Shown one piece after another: positions 10,739 through 20,000 of a stretch of DNA of 20,000 nucleotides. Both the position numbers and the translations under genes were made by a program. Under the pieces are notes generated by a model that saw nothing but the letters and a program-made list of their open reading frames with translations, searched no databases and was not told the DNA's origin. Every line of letters starts with the position of its first letter. Position 1 is the stretch's first letter. This DNA comes from Moniliella sp. 'wahieum' (Eukaryota): assembly GCA_003971905.1 (NCBI GenBank), contig RSEE01000038.1:611330-631329 (forward strand), read 5' to 3'.

Positions 10739-11869
10739 ATGAATCGGCACCCTCTTCGGCCGCCCCCACACCCCATCCTCGTCAGCGCCATCCTGCCGCA
10801 CCACCACTCCCAACGCGCACCCCACTTCATCCCCTCCGACCAGCCTTGCGTTCCATCGCCCCATCCAGGCGCATCCGTCTCCACAGCCTCGAAGTGCCCA
10901 CTCCTCCGCCCCCTGCGGGCCGTACTATCCCTCCCTCCTCTTCCACTCCAAGAAACAGCGATGAGCCATCACTTCCAAGCCCTCTTCCTCTTCCCCCCAG
11001 CAACGCAGAAGAGGCGAAAAAGGAAGGAGGTACTTTGTCACTGACCATTTTCGCCACCAATTGGTCTCCTGGCTGGACACGCATTACCAAGGGCGAGAGA
11101 GGTTCGTATTTGACAACAAGGCCCCCTTTACCGGCTCCAACGAGAGCTTGGCCCAAACGTTTCTTGCCACCCTCCCGGGTCCCACACGGCCCAACACCCG
11201 CACCGTTTTCAACCAGGTCAAGCTGATCAAAGACATGTACACGACCATCTGTGCTCGGGAACAAGAGGGAAAGTACATCGATCGCCCCTGGTTCGACACT
11301 TGGCAACGCATGCTCACCCGTGGAAGTTCCCCGCCTCCCTGGCAGCACTCGCCTACGCTCACATGTACGTCTCCCTTTACCTCACCAGCCCAGCATCCCG
11401 TCTCTCCTCACCGCCGCCGTCGCAGCGACGATGAGAGACGCTCATTTCCCCTCCACCAACCTCTTCGCCCGACCAAGCATCACGCAAGCGCTTCCGCCTC
11501 ACGGCCTCGGAGCCGCCCGACTCTCTGCCGCCGCACCAGTTCGCGAGACATCCAGGCCAGGTTCGCACGGCAGGCGCATCCACACCGCCCCACCACCACC
11601 GGGCCCAGCGTGGACCCACCCTCTCCGCCGCGCCCCAGGCGTGTGGGCGGGGCTGCACATGTCCAACCGAATCGGACGTGTCGGTGCTGTGGAACACTCT
11701 GGCAGCCATGGGACGGACGCAAGAGGTGTTGTTGGATGAAGTGCGTGCGCTTCGAGCTGAGGTACACCGTGCTCGAAGCCAGCCAGAGTGGGCCGCGGCG
11801 GTCGTGCACGAGCCCGGATTGATGCTCTTGCTTCATTTTCGGAGGGTAGTCGCCCTCTCTGCTTTCTAA
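10739..11869 (+). CDS. Putative Myb/SANT-like (trihelix/MADF-type) DNA-binding protein with low-complexity linker and C-terminal coiled coil; frameshifted, one probable intron at 11365-11425
   Basis: The frame open from 10965 reads QQRRRGEKGRRYFVTDHFRHQLVSWLDTHYQGRERFVFDNKAPFTGSNESLAQTFLATLPGPTRPNTRTVFNQVKLIKDMYTTICAREQEGKYIDRPWFDTWQRML, which resembles trihelix/Myb-like spacing. A GTACGT...CTCAC...CAG intron follows. A later frame gives the amphipathic helix DVSVLWNTLAAMGRTQEVLLDEVRALRAEVHRARS. Start and stop are uncertain. Family assignment is by eye only. Confidence 0.55.
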
Positions 11870-12131
11870 CTTGTTGAACCATGGCGTTGGTTCTGCGGAC
11901 AATACATACAACCGATAAGTTCACATGGCGGCTGAATGAAGGCTGGCGCGACTGTGGGCGGATGGAAAGCTATAGGACGAGGTTGGAAGATGGAGAGGCA
12001 CCTAAGAGGAGGCGAGGGTGCCTATACTGAATCAATTGGCTGAAAGCGGGCAGGAGTTGGACAGAAAATGCGGGAAGAGACGAGAATGGAAGGTGGGGAA
12101 TAGGTTCCCTCCAACCAAGGGGAAAGACTAT

Positions 12132-12368
12132 GATGAGACCTGGAGTCCAGATGGTCCTCGAGGGTGATGCAGTCGCACTAGTGGTGGTGGGTGGTGGTGG
12201 TGGTCTAAGCCAACCAGCAACGCCTTCAGAGGAACATCAAGCAGCGAGTCGCCACCAGGGGCTAAGCTGCGGAACAAGGAAAAACAGAAGAGAAAAACAA
12301 CGGAACTCCTCTGGGCCTGAGGAGGAACTGAAGGGACATTGGCCAAAGCACGAGCCACCTGATGGCTC
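12132..12368. repeat. Dispersed repeat, copy 2 (same orientation as 4662-4903)
   Basis: Same blocks as copy 1, with an internal (GGT)n expansion at 12181-12204. Confidence 0.85.
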
Positions 12369-13650
12369 AACAGGCTAGATCAAAAGGGAAAACGGATACA
12401 ATAGTAGGGGTGTAAAGAGAAGACATGTCAAAAAGAGAGGGGTCGGTTGCCCCAAGCGCAACGGAAGAGAAGGATCAATTAGGTGGTGACGGGGCGTCGT
12501 CAAGATACCAGAAACTTGGAGGCCTAGTCTTTAGGCCAACAGAGCAGGACTTGGGCGGGTGTGCGACTATTCGCGCGGGATGCATGGCCACTCGGGCCAC
12601 CTGTCATCGTTTGGCTGATCATCGATCACACTCCCATTTTCAATTTCTTTGTCCCGAGTGTCTCGCTCTTTCCCTGTTTCTTCCACTTCGCACCGTGTCT
12701 TCTCTTTTGCTTCTTCCCAACGAACGATTGCTACATCCCTTGGCCGAGTCCCGATTCTGATCTACCTCGCCTTTTAGCCCCGACTGCGACATCGCTAACA
12801 GCCGTCAGACGAAGGAGCAGTCATGGTATTCTTTTTGCCATCTCTGACTCCAACATTCTGAGAGAGCCATAATCGCGCCGCCCACACATGCAGCCTAGGG
12901 CTGGGTGTGATGCTGCTTGTGTGTGTGTTTCCATGACGCGCATGACGAGACCTCTGAGGAGGAAGCGAGACGGTGGTGCTGGGGTGCTATCCGACTGGTT
13001 TGCAAGGGTTAGGAGTGGAGGACATGCGACATCACAGGCATCACAACAGGCGAATGGGAACTGTGATATGCACTGTGATACGCAGAGAGGGGGGCGGTGA
13101 TACATGTGATGCAGCGCCGGTGATGCCGGTGATGCTGGCTGATGCAGGTGATGCACATGTGATGCGTGTGACGGGGGCGCCATGGCAACATGGCAATGCG
13201 GATGGGGAAGCGAGGCTGCGGGTGTGCATGGGGCGCTGCATGGCATGGGGCGAGTGCGAGGAGGCTGGGGAGTGCTGTGTGGCGCTTATCTTCTTTCTGA
13301 TCGGCAGGGCAGTTTGAATTTCAAGTTGCAATGCCAGCTTGCGTGCGAGCATCACACATGGGGTGACCGGTGAGGGCTGCGGCCTAGTGAGTAGTCGAGG
13401 CAAGCCATGTGTGGGGTGCTAGTGCGAATGTGCGAATGCTAAGGGCACGTGTGCGGGCTGCTTCGGCGGGGGCGTAGTAGGTCGCGTGTGTTACCTAAGC
13501 GTGTATGCGCTACCCCACACTCGTCTCTCATTTCGCCGCCGCTTCTCCCCCACCCCGCCTCGTGTGGCTGGCCGACCTCTCTGCCCCCGCATCGCCCCTG
13601 CCCCCCACCACCACCACACTCAGCCCCCCCCCCCCCCCCCCCACGTCGCC

Positions 13651-16600
13651 ATGGCCGACTCGTCCGGCGTGCGGCGCCACCGATGCGCGTCCGCTCTGCG
13701 CCAGCGCCAGCGCACCACCCACCCCGCCCCGCCGGCCGCCCGCACCCGCCCCAGCGCCCTCTACCGCCTCGGCCACCCATCGGCTACCTCGCCGCCAGCG
13801 GCACACCTACCAGAAAAAGTACCTCACCAAGAAGATGGCTTTGCCATCAACTCTCGCCCCCCCGTCATGGTCGTTCTCTCATCATTTCATTCCGCTCTGG
13901 GCCATCGCCGACCACACTCTCCACGTTGTCCAGATGCAAATCACCCGGCCAACCTCACCGGCCTCACACAACTCCTTCCCCTTTCCCTCTCCGGCAAGGT
14001 GCGTGTCCCTTGCCATCCCTCTACATCTCTGCTGACCTAACCACCCCCCCCCCCCCCCCCACCCAAACAGAGTCTCAAAGCCGGCATTTTCCCCGCCACG
14101 CTCTACTTCCGCGACCCGCTGGACGTGTACTGGATGACCCCGCCGCCCAGCATGCAGGAACTTCACCTCGGTCGTTTTCTCAATGGCCGTGTCAGTGTCG
14201 CCAGCGGCCACGGCCGTGTCTTGCAGGCTACCACATTTGAGATCCTTGACCAGATGCCTTTGGCACCTTCACAGGCTTTATGGTCTCCCAGCCCAGCTTC
14301 ACCTGGCGACTGGTCTGCAACAACACCCATGCCGAGGCGTTTGGCTTCATGCCCACGTACAAAAACTACGTCTTCAAGAAGCACGTCAATTTCAACGGCA
14401 TTAATGGCTTTGAGGATGTTCGGATCGTCGACTTCCAATTGCCTGGAAACGACCCTGCCGGCGGCATTTCCCTTCAGACACTCACTACCCTCTACAACCC
14501 ATCGCCCTTCTCGGTCCAGCTGGGACACCTGAATCTCAACCTTTACTACAAGGGCATGTTCATTGGGCCTTCCAGCACCGCTACCGCGGTCAACATTACC
14601 ACTGGTATCAACACCGTCCTCCTTGTGGGGCGTATGGTGTCTCAAGCCGGTAATGAGACAGCTCTTTCCCTTCTGGGAGAGCTCTTTACTGGCTACCTCA
14701 ATGGCGACGTGGTACCGGTGGTGGCCAAGGTGTTTCTATCTACCTTTCAGGAGAATGGCGAGTCCATCTCGTGGCTTAGCAAGGGAATTAAGGACCTCAG
14801 CATCAACGTGCCGCTCCAGTACCCTGTGCCGATTGGGCCCATCAAGTCGATTGAGATTGATCTCTTCAATATTGTTTTCAACAAGTCCCAACCTTGGACC
14901 CCGACCGCATCGTCGCCCAACCTCAAGGCCCAGATTGGCTTGCCGTTTGGGTTCTCGCTCAACATCATCTCTACCCAGAATACGATTCGGTTGATGAACA
15001 ACAACTCAGTCATTGGCGTCATTGACGGTGTCAAATCCACAGTACCCTCACGCTGGACGTGCTCAATCAGGGTTCAACATCGGGCTCGCTGGCCCTCACT
15101 TTGGCCCCTCGCCGCTCGTCATCGGCGACGACCAGCATGCAGGCTGGGTTGAGTTTGAGAATGCTCTTGTCTTTGGGGACGCGACGACTACGCGCCTGTC
15201 AGGAACATCACTTGCTGTTACGGACACACCCGCTGGCCGCGTGGTGCTGAATCCGATCAACTTTGATGTATTGTCGGGTTTGCGTGGTTTGAAGGGTCTG
15301 AACGCTTACCCGACGACCATCACTGGACTCGATGTGTTGGGCGGGACAGCGGATGCTATGCAACTGTTGGTCAACACGACGATCATCAACCCCTCCAACC
15401 TCAACTTGTCCACGGGCGATGTCACGTTCAACTTGGTAAACGACCAGGTGATTGGCACGGTCACTATGCACGATCTCAACCTCCAGCTCGGCCAGAACAA
15501 TGTGACGGCTACCTCAGACTTTACGCCCAATGTCTCGCCCGCCGGCCTTGATACGCTCAATCGCTATGTGGGGGGCAAGCCCACGGTACTGCACATTGAC
15601 GGAACGTCCGATACGTCCTCCATTGCCTCTCTCGGCCCCACCATGTCATTGATGCGGCTCAACGCGACACTGCCGGGGCTGGGTCAACTGTTGATCAGCA
15701 AGTCGTGGCTTACTGTGCCACCGGTAATCGACACCAACAACACGGTCTTTATCAAGATCAACTTGGCCAACCCCTTTACCACCGCTTTGGACATTAACAC
15801 GATCGACTCTGCTCCCGTCTTCAACAACTTGACCGTCGGCCACATCAACACGACCATGACCCCCCCCATTCATGGGCCTGGCAAAGTCGACACGATCAGC
15901 CAGACATTCCCATGGCGATGGACACGAATCCCAAGACGCTCGTCAGCTTGTTGTTGCAGCTGGCTGCGATCAACTCAACATCGCTTGGACCGTGGCCTCC
16001 TTTCCTGTATGAAATTCTGGCCATGAATGACACGATGATCAACACGCAAGTTCGCGCCACCCCGGGCGGAAACACCTCCTTCTGCCCAGCCAATGGTGCC
16101 TTTGACTTGCAGGGGGCCATGCTGCAGTCGCTTTTGTCCCTCAACGTCACCATCCCCGTCGTGACGGGAACCACCATTGGCGACTACAAGACGACCATCA
16201 ACATGACACAGACACCCTACCCGTCATTTCGGACAACTCATCGTTGTATCTCTTGGGACCGGCTGGTGCAACCTTTGATCCAAAAGATTGTTGATGATTC
16301 CGTACTGTCGTTTGACCAAGGCAACATTACCCACATCACTAATGAAGGCTTTGATGTGTCGCTGCACGGTGTGTTGCAACCAACGCGCCCACCAATGCGG
16401 TGATTGCGTTCCCCGAACCAGTTGAGATCCGTTGGCAAGGCAGGTTCATTGCCACCATTACCCTCCCGCCCATCTGCACCATCCCTGGCCAAGGTGTGCC
16501 GGATTACAATACGGCAGGCCATGTGACCATTACGGATCAAGATGGATTTACTCAGTTTTCCACCTACATTCTTCACAACCCAGAATTTACGTGGGACATT

Positions 16601-18859
16601 AGTAGCCCTGTGGTCAACGTCATGGCGCTCGGAATCACCTACTCCAATGTGAGCTTGACCAAGAGTGTTTCCTTCAAGGCGTTTAACGGTCTGCTGCCGG
16701 CGTGTTGGCTAACAACTTCAACATTCCCACCGAAGGCCCCAACTTCCTCAACATTACCACCGACTCGTACATTCCGTCGCCGGCTACTCTTGGTATCGAG
16801 ATGAACACGGCCAGGTTCGACCTCTTCTTCCAAGGTACCCATTGGCAGTGCTGCTGCGCTTGATCTCACGCTCGCCCCCACAGCCACGACCAAGTCTGTC
16901 TTAACGGGCGAGCTGATCCAGCAGACTATCAGTCGAACTTGGACAATGTCGGTGTCATGTTCAGTCAGTTCCTCCAAGGCCAAAATTTGAGTTTGATCGT
17001 GCAAGGTGTCGATGTCGAAACGCCGTACCAGAATGGCACGTAACGTGGCTGTCTACTGCGTTCAAGACGCTGGCACTCAACGTAACGTTGCAAGGCCAGA
17101 TCTACAAGGTCATCTACTCGATCCAGTTGCTCGACATGATGCTCCAGATGACTGATCCACCCGCTGATGTGGAGTGGAACATCCCCGTGTCCAACAACAT
17201 AACAGGGCAACGTATGCCAACCCCTTCCACTTTACGCTTCTCCCCACCCAGGCAGGCGTAAACACGACCATCATCTATAACGGCACACGCACCGCGCAGC
17301 TCAACTTGCCCATGCTCCCCGCCAACGCTGTGGCCTCTACCGGCCCTGAGACAACCGGTGCCATTGGTATTGTCGTTCCAAAATCAACGGCTCATTTCTC
17401 TCGACAACGACGCCTTTGCGCAGTTCCTTGCGGTCACTACCGACACTCCCATCTCCAACTTTGAGCTGGTTGGGTCGACCAACGTTCTTGCTGAGACCCA
17501 CATTGGGACCATCACCATCACTGGCATCCCGCTCGACGTGCCCTCTCACCTGACCGGCATGAACTCGTTCGGCCACGCCGCAACCTTGTCCAATATTGTT
17601 GTCGATCACTCGACGCCCGACTACATTGCCATCCCGCTTGACACGGGCCTGTCCAATCCGAGCAACGTTACTCTCCATACGAGCGACATCTACTTACCCG
17701 TCTTTTATAACAATGTCGATGTTGGCCGCGCGTTTGTGTCGTCGTTCGACCTGTATCCTGGCGAAATACGGTGAGTGCCGAGTTCCGGTATTCGCCTGTC
17801 AACCCGAACGACCCTGTGGCGCAGGATGTGTCGCGCTATGTTTCGCCCGCCAACAATGGTGCGGGTGGCTCAGCCGACCCGATCATCACCTCCCTGGTTG
17901 TGGGCGGTACTCTCCGGCTGAGAACGAATACCCCGATCGCCGTACGACTCGCTTCTACCCGGCGCTGTATGGCACGACGATGAACGCCAATATGCAAGGG
18001 TTGGGCAAACGCTTGCTTCTGGAGATGGACCTGATCATCCCTGCGCTCTCGGCCCTGTTTGATTCCAAAGGTACGGCTATCTTGACCATCACCAACCCGC
18101 TGCGCCCCGCGATGGTGATCGAACAATCATTTCCAATGTGTGGGAGGCTGGCGTCGAAAATGGGCCATCAACCATTCGCGCCACGGTCAACACGACCATG
18201 CCACGCCCATCACCATTCCCAGTGGCGGTACCAACAAGGTCAATGTCACGTTTGTCATGACGCGCGGCGTACTGGGATCGCTCGACTTGCTCACACGTCC
18301 CTTGTCCATCGAGTCATTCATCTCCACCACACTCGAGGGCGGGTACCACCTCCCTTCCTTGCCTTTCAACGAGTACGTTTGACCTCCCCCCCCTCCCTTC
18401 CTTCCTGCCCCTCTCTTCCCCCCCCCCCCCTTTTTTTGCGTGTTAGACATCAAAGATCAAGTTACTGACGGAACTGGTGGGTTTCTGTTAGGTACGACAT
18501 CACACGACGTATGACCTCAACGTGCTCGGTCTCGGGTTCAATGTCACTACGGCTGCCGGATTCTTGGAAGGCATGTTGAGCGTGCTCAACCCAGTCAAGT
18601 GACCAACGAGTTGTTGCCCGCCCTGGAACAGTTGCCCGCCAACGTCTTGCAGCAAATTTCGGGTAGCCTCGACGCCAACAACCCGCTCACTGCACTTGCT
18701 TGCAATGCCATCCCGGCGCTCAAGCTTGCCCGCCTGTGCGTAAAGCCTGGCGTGGGCGGAACCAACCCCCCTCTGTTGCCTTCTTCCCGTCTTTCGCGCC
18801 GTTGCTGGTACGGCGCAACCAGATGTCCTCGGGGCCCAGCAAGGGAAGGGAACACTTGA
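13651..18859 (+). CDS. Very large DUF3712/LEA_2-like repeat, single-pass membrane protein (~1650 aa); many indel frameshifts; introns at 13999-14070 and 18373-18491
   Basis: ATG at 13651 (gtcgccATGg). A basic stretch (YQKKYLTKK) and a hydrophobic segment ending IPLWAIADHTL precede beta-rich modules: GIFPATLYFRDPLDVYW, FKKHVNFNGINGF, NPSPFSVQLGHLNLNLYYKG, LPFGFSL, NPSNLNLSTGDVTFNL, ANPFTT, IAFPEPVEIRWQG, LTKSVSFKAFNGL and NPSNVTLHTSDI. There are many N-x-S/T sequons. Introns GTGCGT..CTGAC/CTAAC..CAG and GTACGT..CTGAC..TAG rejoin the frame (GK|SLKAGIFP; FNE|YDI). The stop is uncertain. Confidence 0.85.
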
Positions 18860-19211
18860 GTGCCGGTCAGCCCTACCCATTCACCCCCCCGCTTTCCCCT
18901 CGTGGCCTGCCCTTTCTTTCTTTTTTTGTTTTTGCTTGTTCCCTTTGCTTTGCTTTGTGTTGCTTGGCTTCCCTTCCCTCCCCTTACTTCTTCGTACCAC
19001 ATCCCCCCCTTCTTGCCTGTTCCCCACATTCCTTATTCCTTCTCTCTCCCGTTGCTTGTTCCCCCTAGCTGCCCCTACCGGTTCGTCGAAACTACACATT
19101 GCTTCTCGGTCTCCTCCGTGCCGTAGGCCCCTCTATCTGGCACATATATACACCTATTGTCTTCTTCTTTCCCACCTCCCTGCCCTTTTTTCTTTACCCT
19201 TCCTCCACCAC

Positions 19212-19234
19212 CTTTATCTTTATCTTTATCTTTA
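19212..19234 (+). repeat. (CTTTAT)~4 microsatellite in a pyrimidine-rich 3' region
   Basis: ctttatctttatctttatcttta. Confidence 0.75.
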
Positions 19235-19385
19235 CCCCGGTTGCGCTCCCCCTAGCCCCCCCCATCGCTGTCGACGCCAACTCCGATGTCCTTTTGTTGT
19301 GTCTTGTCGTGTTTCTTGTTCGCTGTAGTGGCAGGACGGAACAAGGAACAAACGCTTCGGGGCGGATAGGATAGGATTGTTGTTG

Positions 19386-19940
19386 TCAGTGACGCCACGG
19401 CCCAACCTGTGCGCTCATGCTTTGGCGCTGACGACGGGGCACCTGGGTGGAGATGTCGATGGTGCCTAATGAGGCTCGTGGGATCCCGTTAGTCGTAGGC
19501 GCTTCCAACACCGCCCGGCCATTGTAGCGTGGATATTCTGCCTGTCCAATCGTCGCAGCAGACGACTCCTCAACTGGGGCGCCCGAGGCCCACATGACAC
19601 GCGGACGCAGCGAGCCATGCATGCAACGAAGGCGTAGTTAGTGCCCACAAGACCATCGGGCTGACGCGCCGAGCGGGGACGACTCGGATCGGACGGGCAT
19701 GCCAGCGGCTGGGAACATACTATCTCATCGTTGGCCATGGCCCCTGAGCCGTCAAAGTCACGGCGCACCTTGCCTCGACTGCTATCATCCTATTGGAATT
19801 CCAACTGCTTTCTGACTGGTGGCCAGGGCACACGACAATCCACCAGGCATACGACCATCCAAGCCCCTGTCGATCCATCCAGTCTGCCCACTTTGCCCCC
19901 TCGGTTCTTCTCTGCGCTACACGTGCGGTCAAGGACGTAC
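19386..19940 (-). CDS. Probable 3' exons of an unidentified gene convergent with the DUF3712 gene
   Basis: Minus-strand intron signature 19720-19574: GTATGT donor, ACTAAC branch at 19642-19637, and the first downstream AG is CAG at 19574. Open frames on either side (..KVRRDFDGSGAMANDEI; ..YPRYNGRAVLEAPTTNGIPRASLGTIDISTQVPRRQRQSMSAQVGPWRH*) would need indels to join. No homology recognised. Confidence 0.35.
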
Positions 19941-19983
19941 CTACGATTATAACACAATCAAGTGGAGGCGAAGAGGTTGTTGC

Positions 19984-20000
19984 TTAGGGTTAGGGGTTAG
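19984..20000 (+). repeat. Telomere-type repeat TTAGGG TTAGGGG TTAG, truncated by the window end
   Basis: About 2.7 units on the G-rich strand pointing toward the right end. Could be a true telomere or interstitial/intronic. Confidence 0.5.

Noticed and set aside
12124..12362. C/D snoRNA or U3 (AAGACTAT start, ATGATGA ... CTGA)
   Set aside because: The U3 box A sequence GGATCATTTCT is absent, the boxes are not conserved at equivalent positions in copy 1, and there is no terminal stem.
13651..18859. Several separate genes or a pseudogene
   Set aside because: The ORF fragments are co-linear parts of one repeat protein with intact splice sites; indel errors explain the breaks better.

Overview
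Eukaryotic, GC-rich genomic DNA, most likely from a basidiomycete fungus. This rests on short GT(A/G/T)CG...CTRAC...YAG introns and on the gene families present; the species cannot be determined. Many 1-nt indels break otherwise well-conserved genes, which suggests uncorrected long-read sequence. Recognisable genes are: (i) an AAAP/SLC38 amino-acid transporter of the Avt2 type (+, ~5455-7528); (ii) a DGAT2/Dga1 diacylglycerol acyltransferase (-, ~10135-8720, 3 introns); (iii) a divergently transcribed putative Myb/SANT-like (trihelix/MADF) protein with a C-terminal coiled coil (+, ~10740-11870); (iv) a ~5.2 kb DUF3712/LEA_2-repeat membrane protein (+, 13651-~18859) built from a duplicated ~2.3 kb super-repeat; and (v) probably the spliced 3' end of an unknown minus-strand gene at the right edge. 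Non-coding features include a dispersed ~240 bp hairpin-ended repeat in two copies, a ~104 bp inverted-repeat element, a (GTTGAG)~27 microsatellite, CATG/GTGATG-rich patches, and TTAGGG-like units in the last 17 nt, which may be a telomere or part of an intron. No rRNA, complete tRNA, CRISPR array or intact transposase was found.
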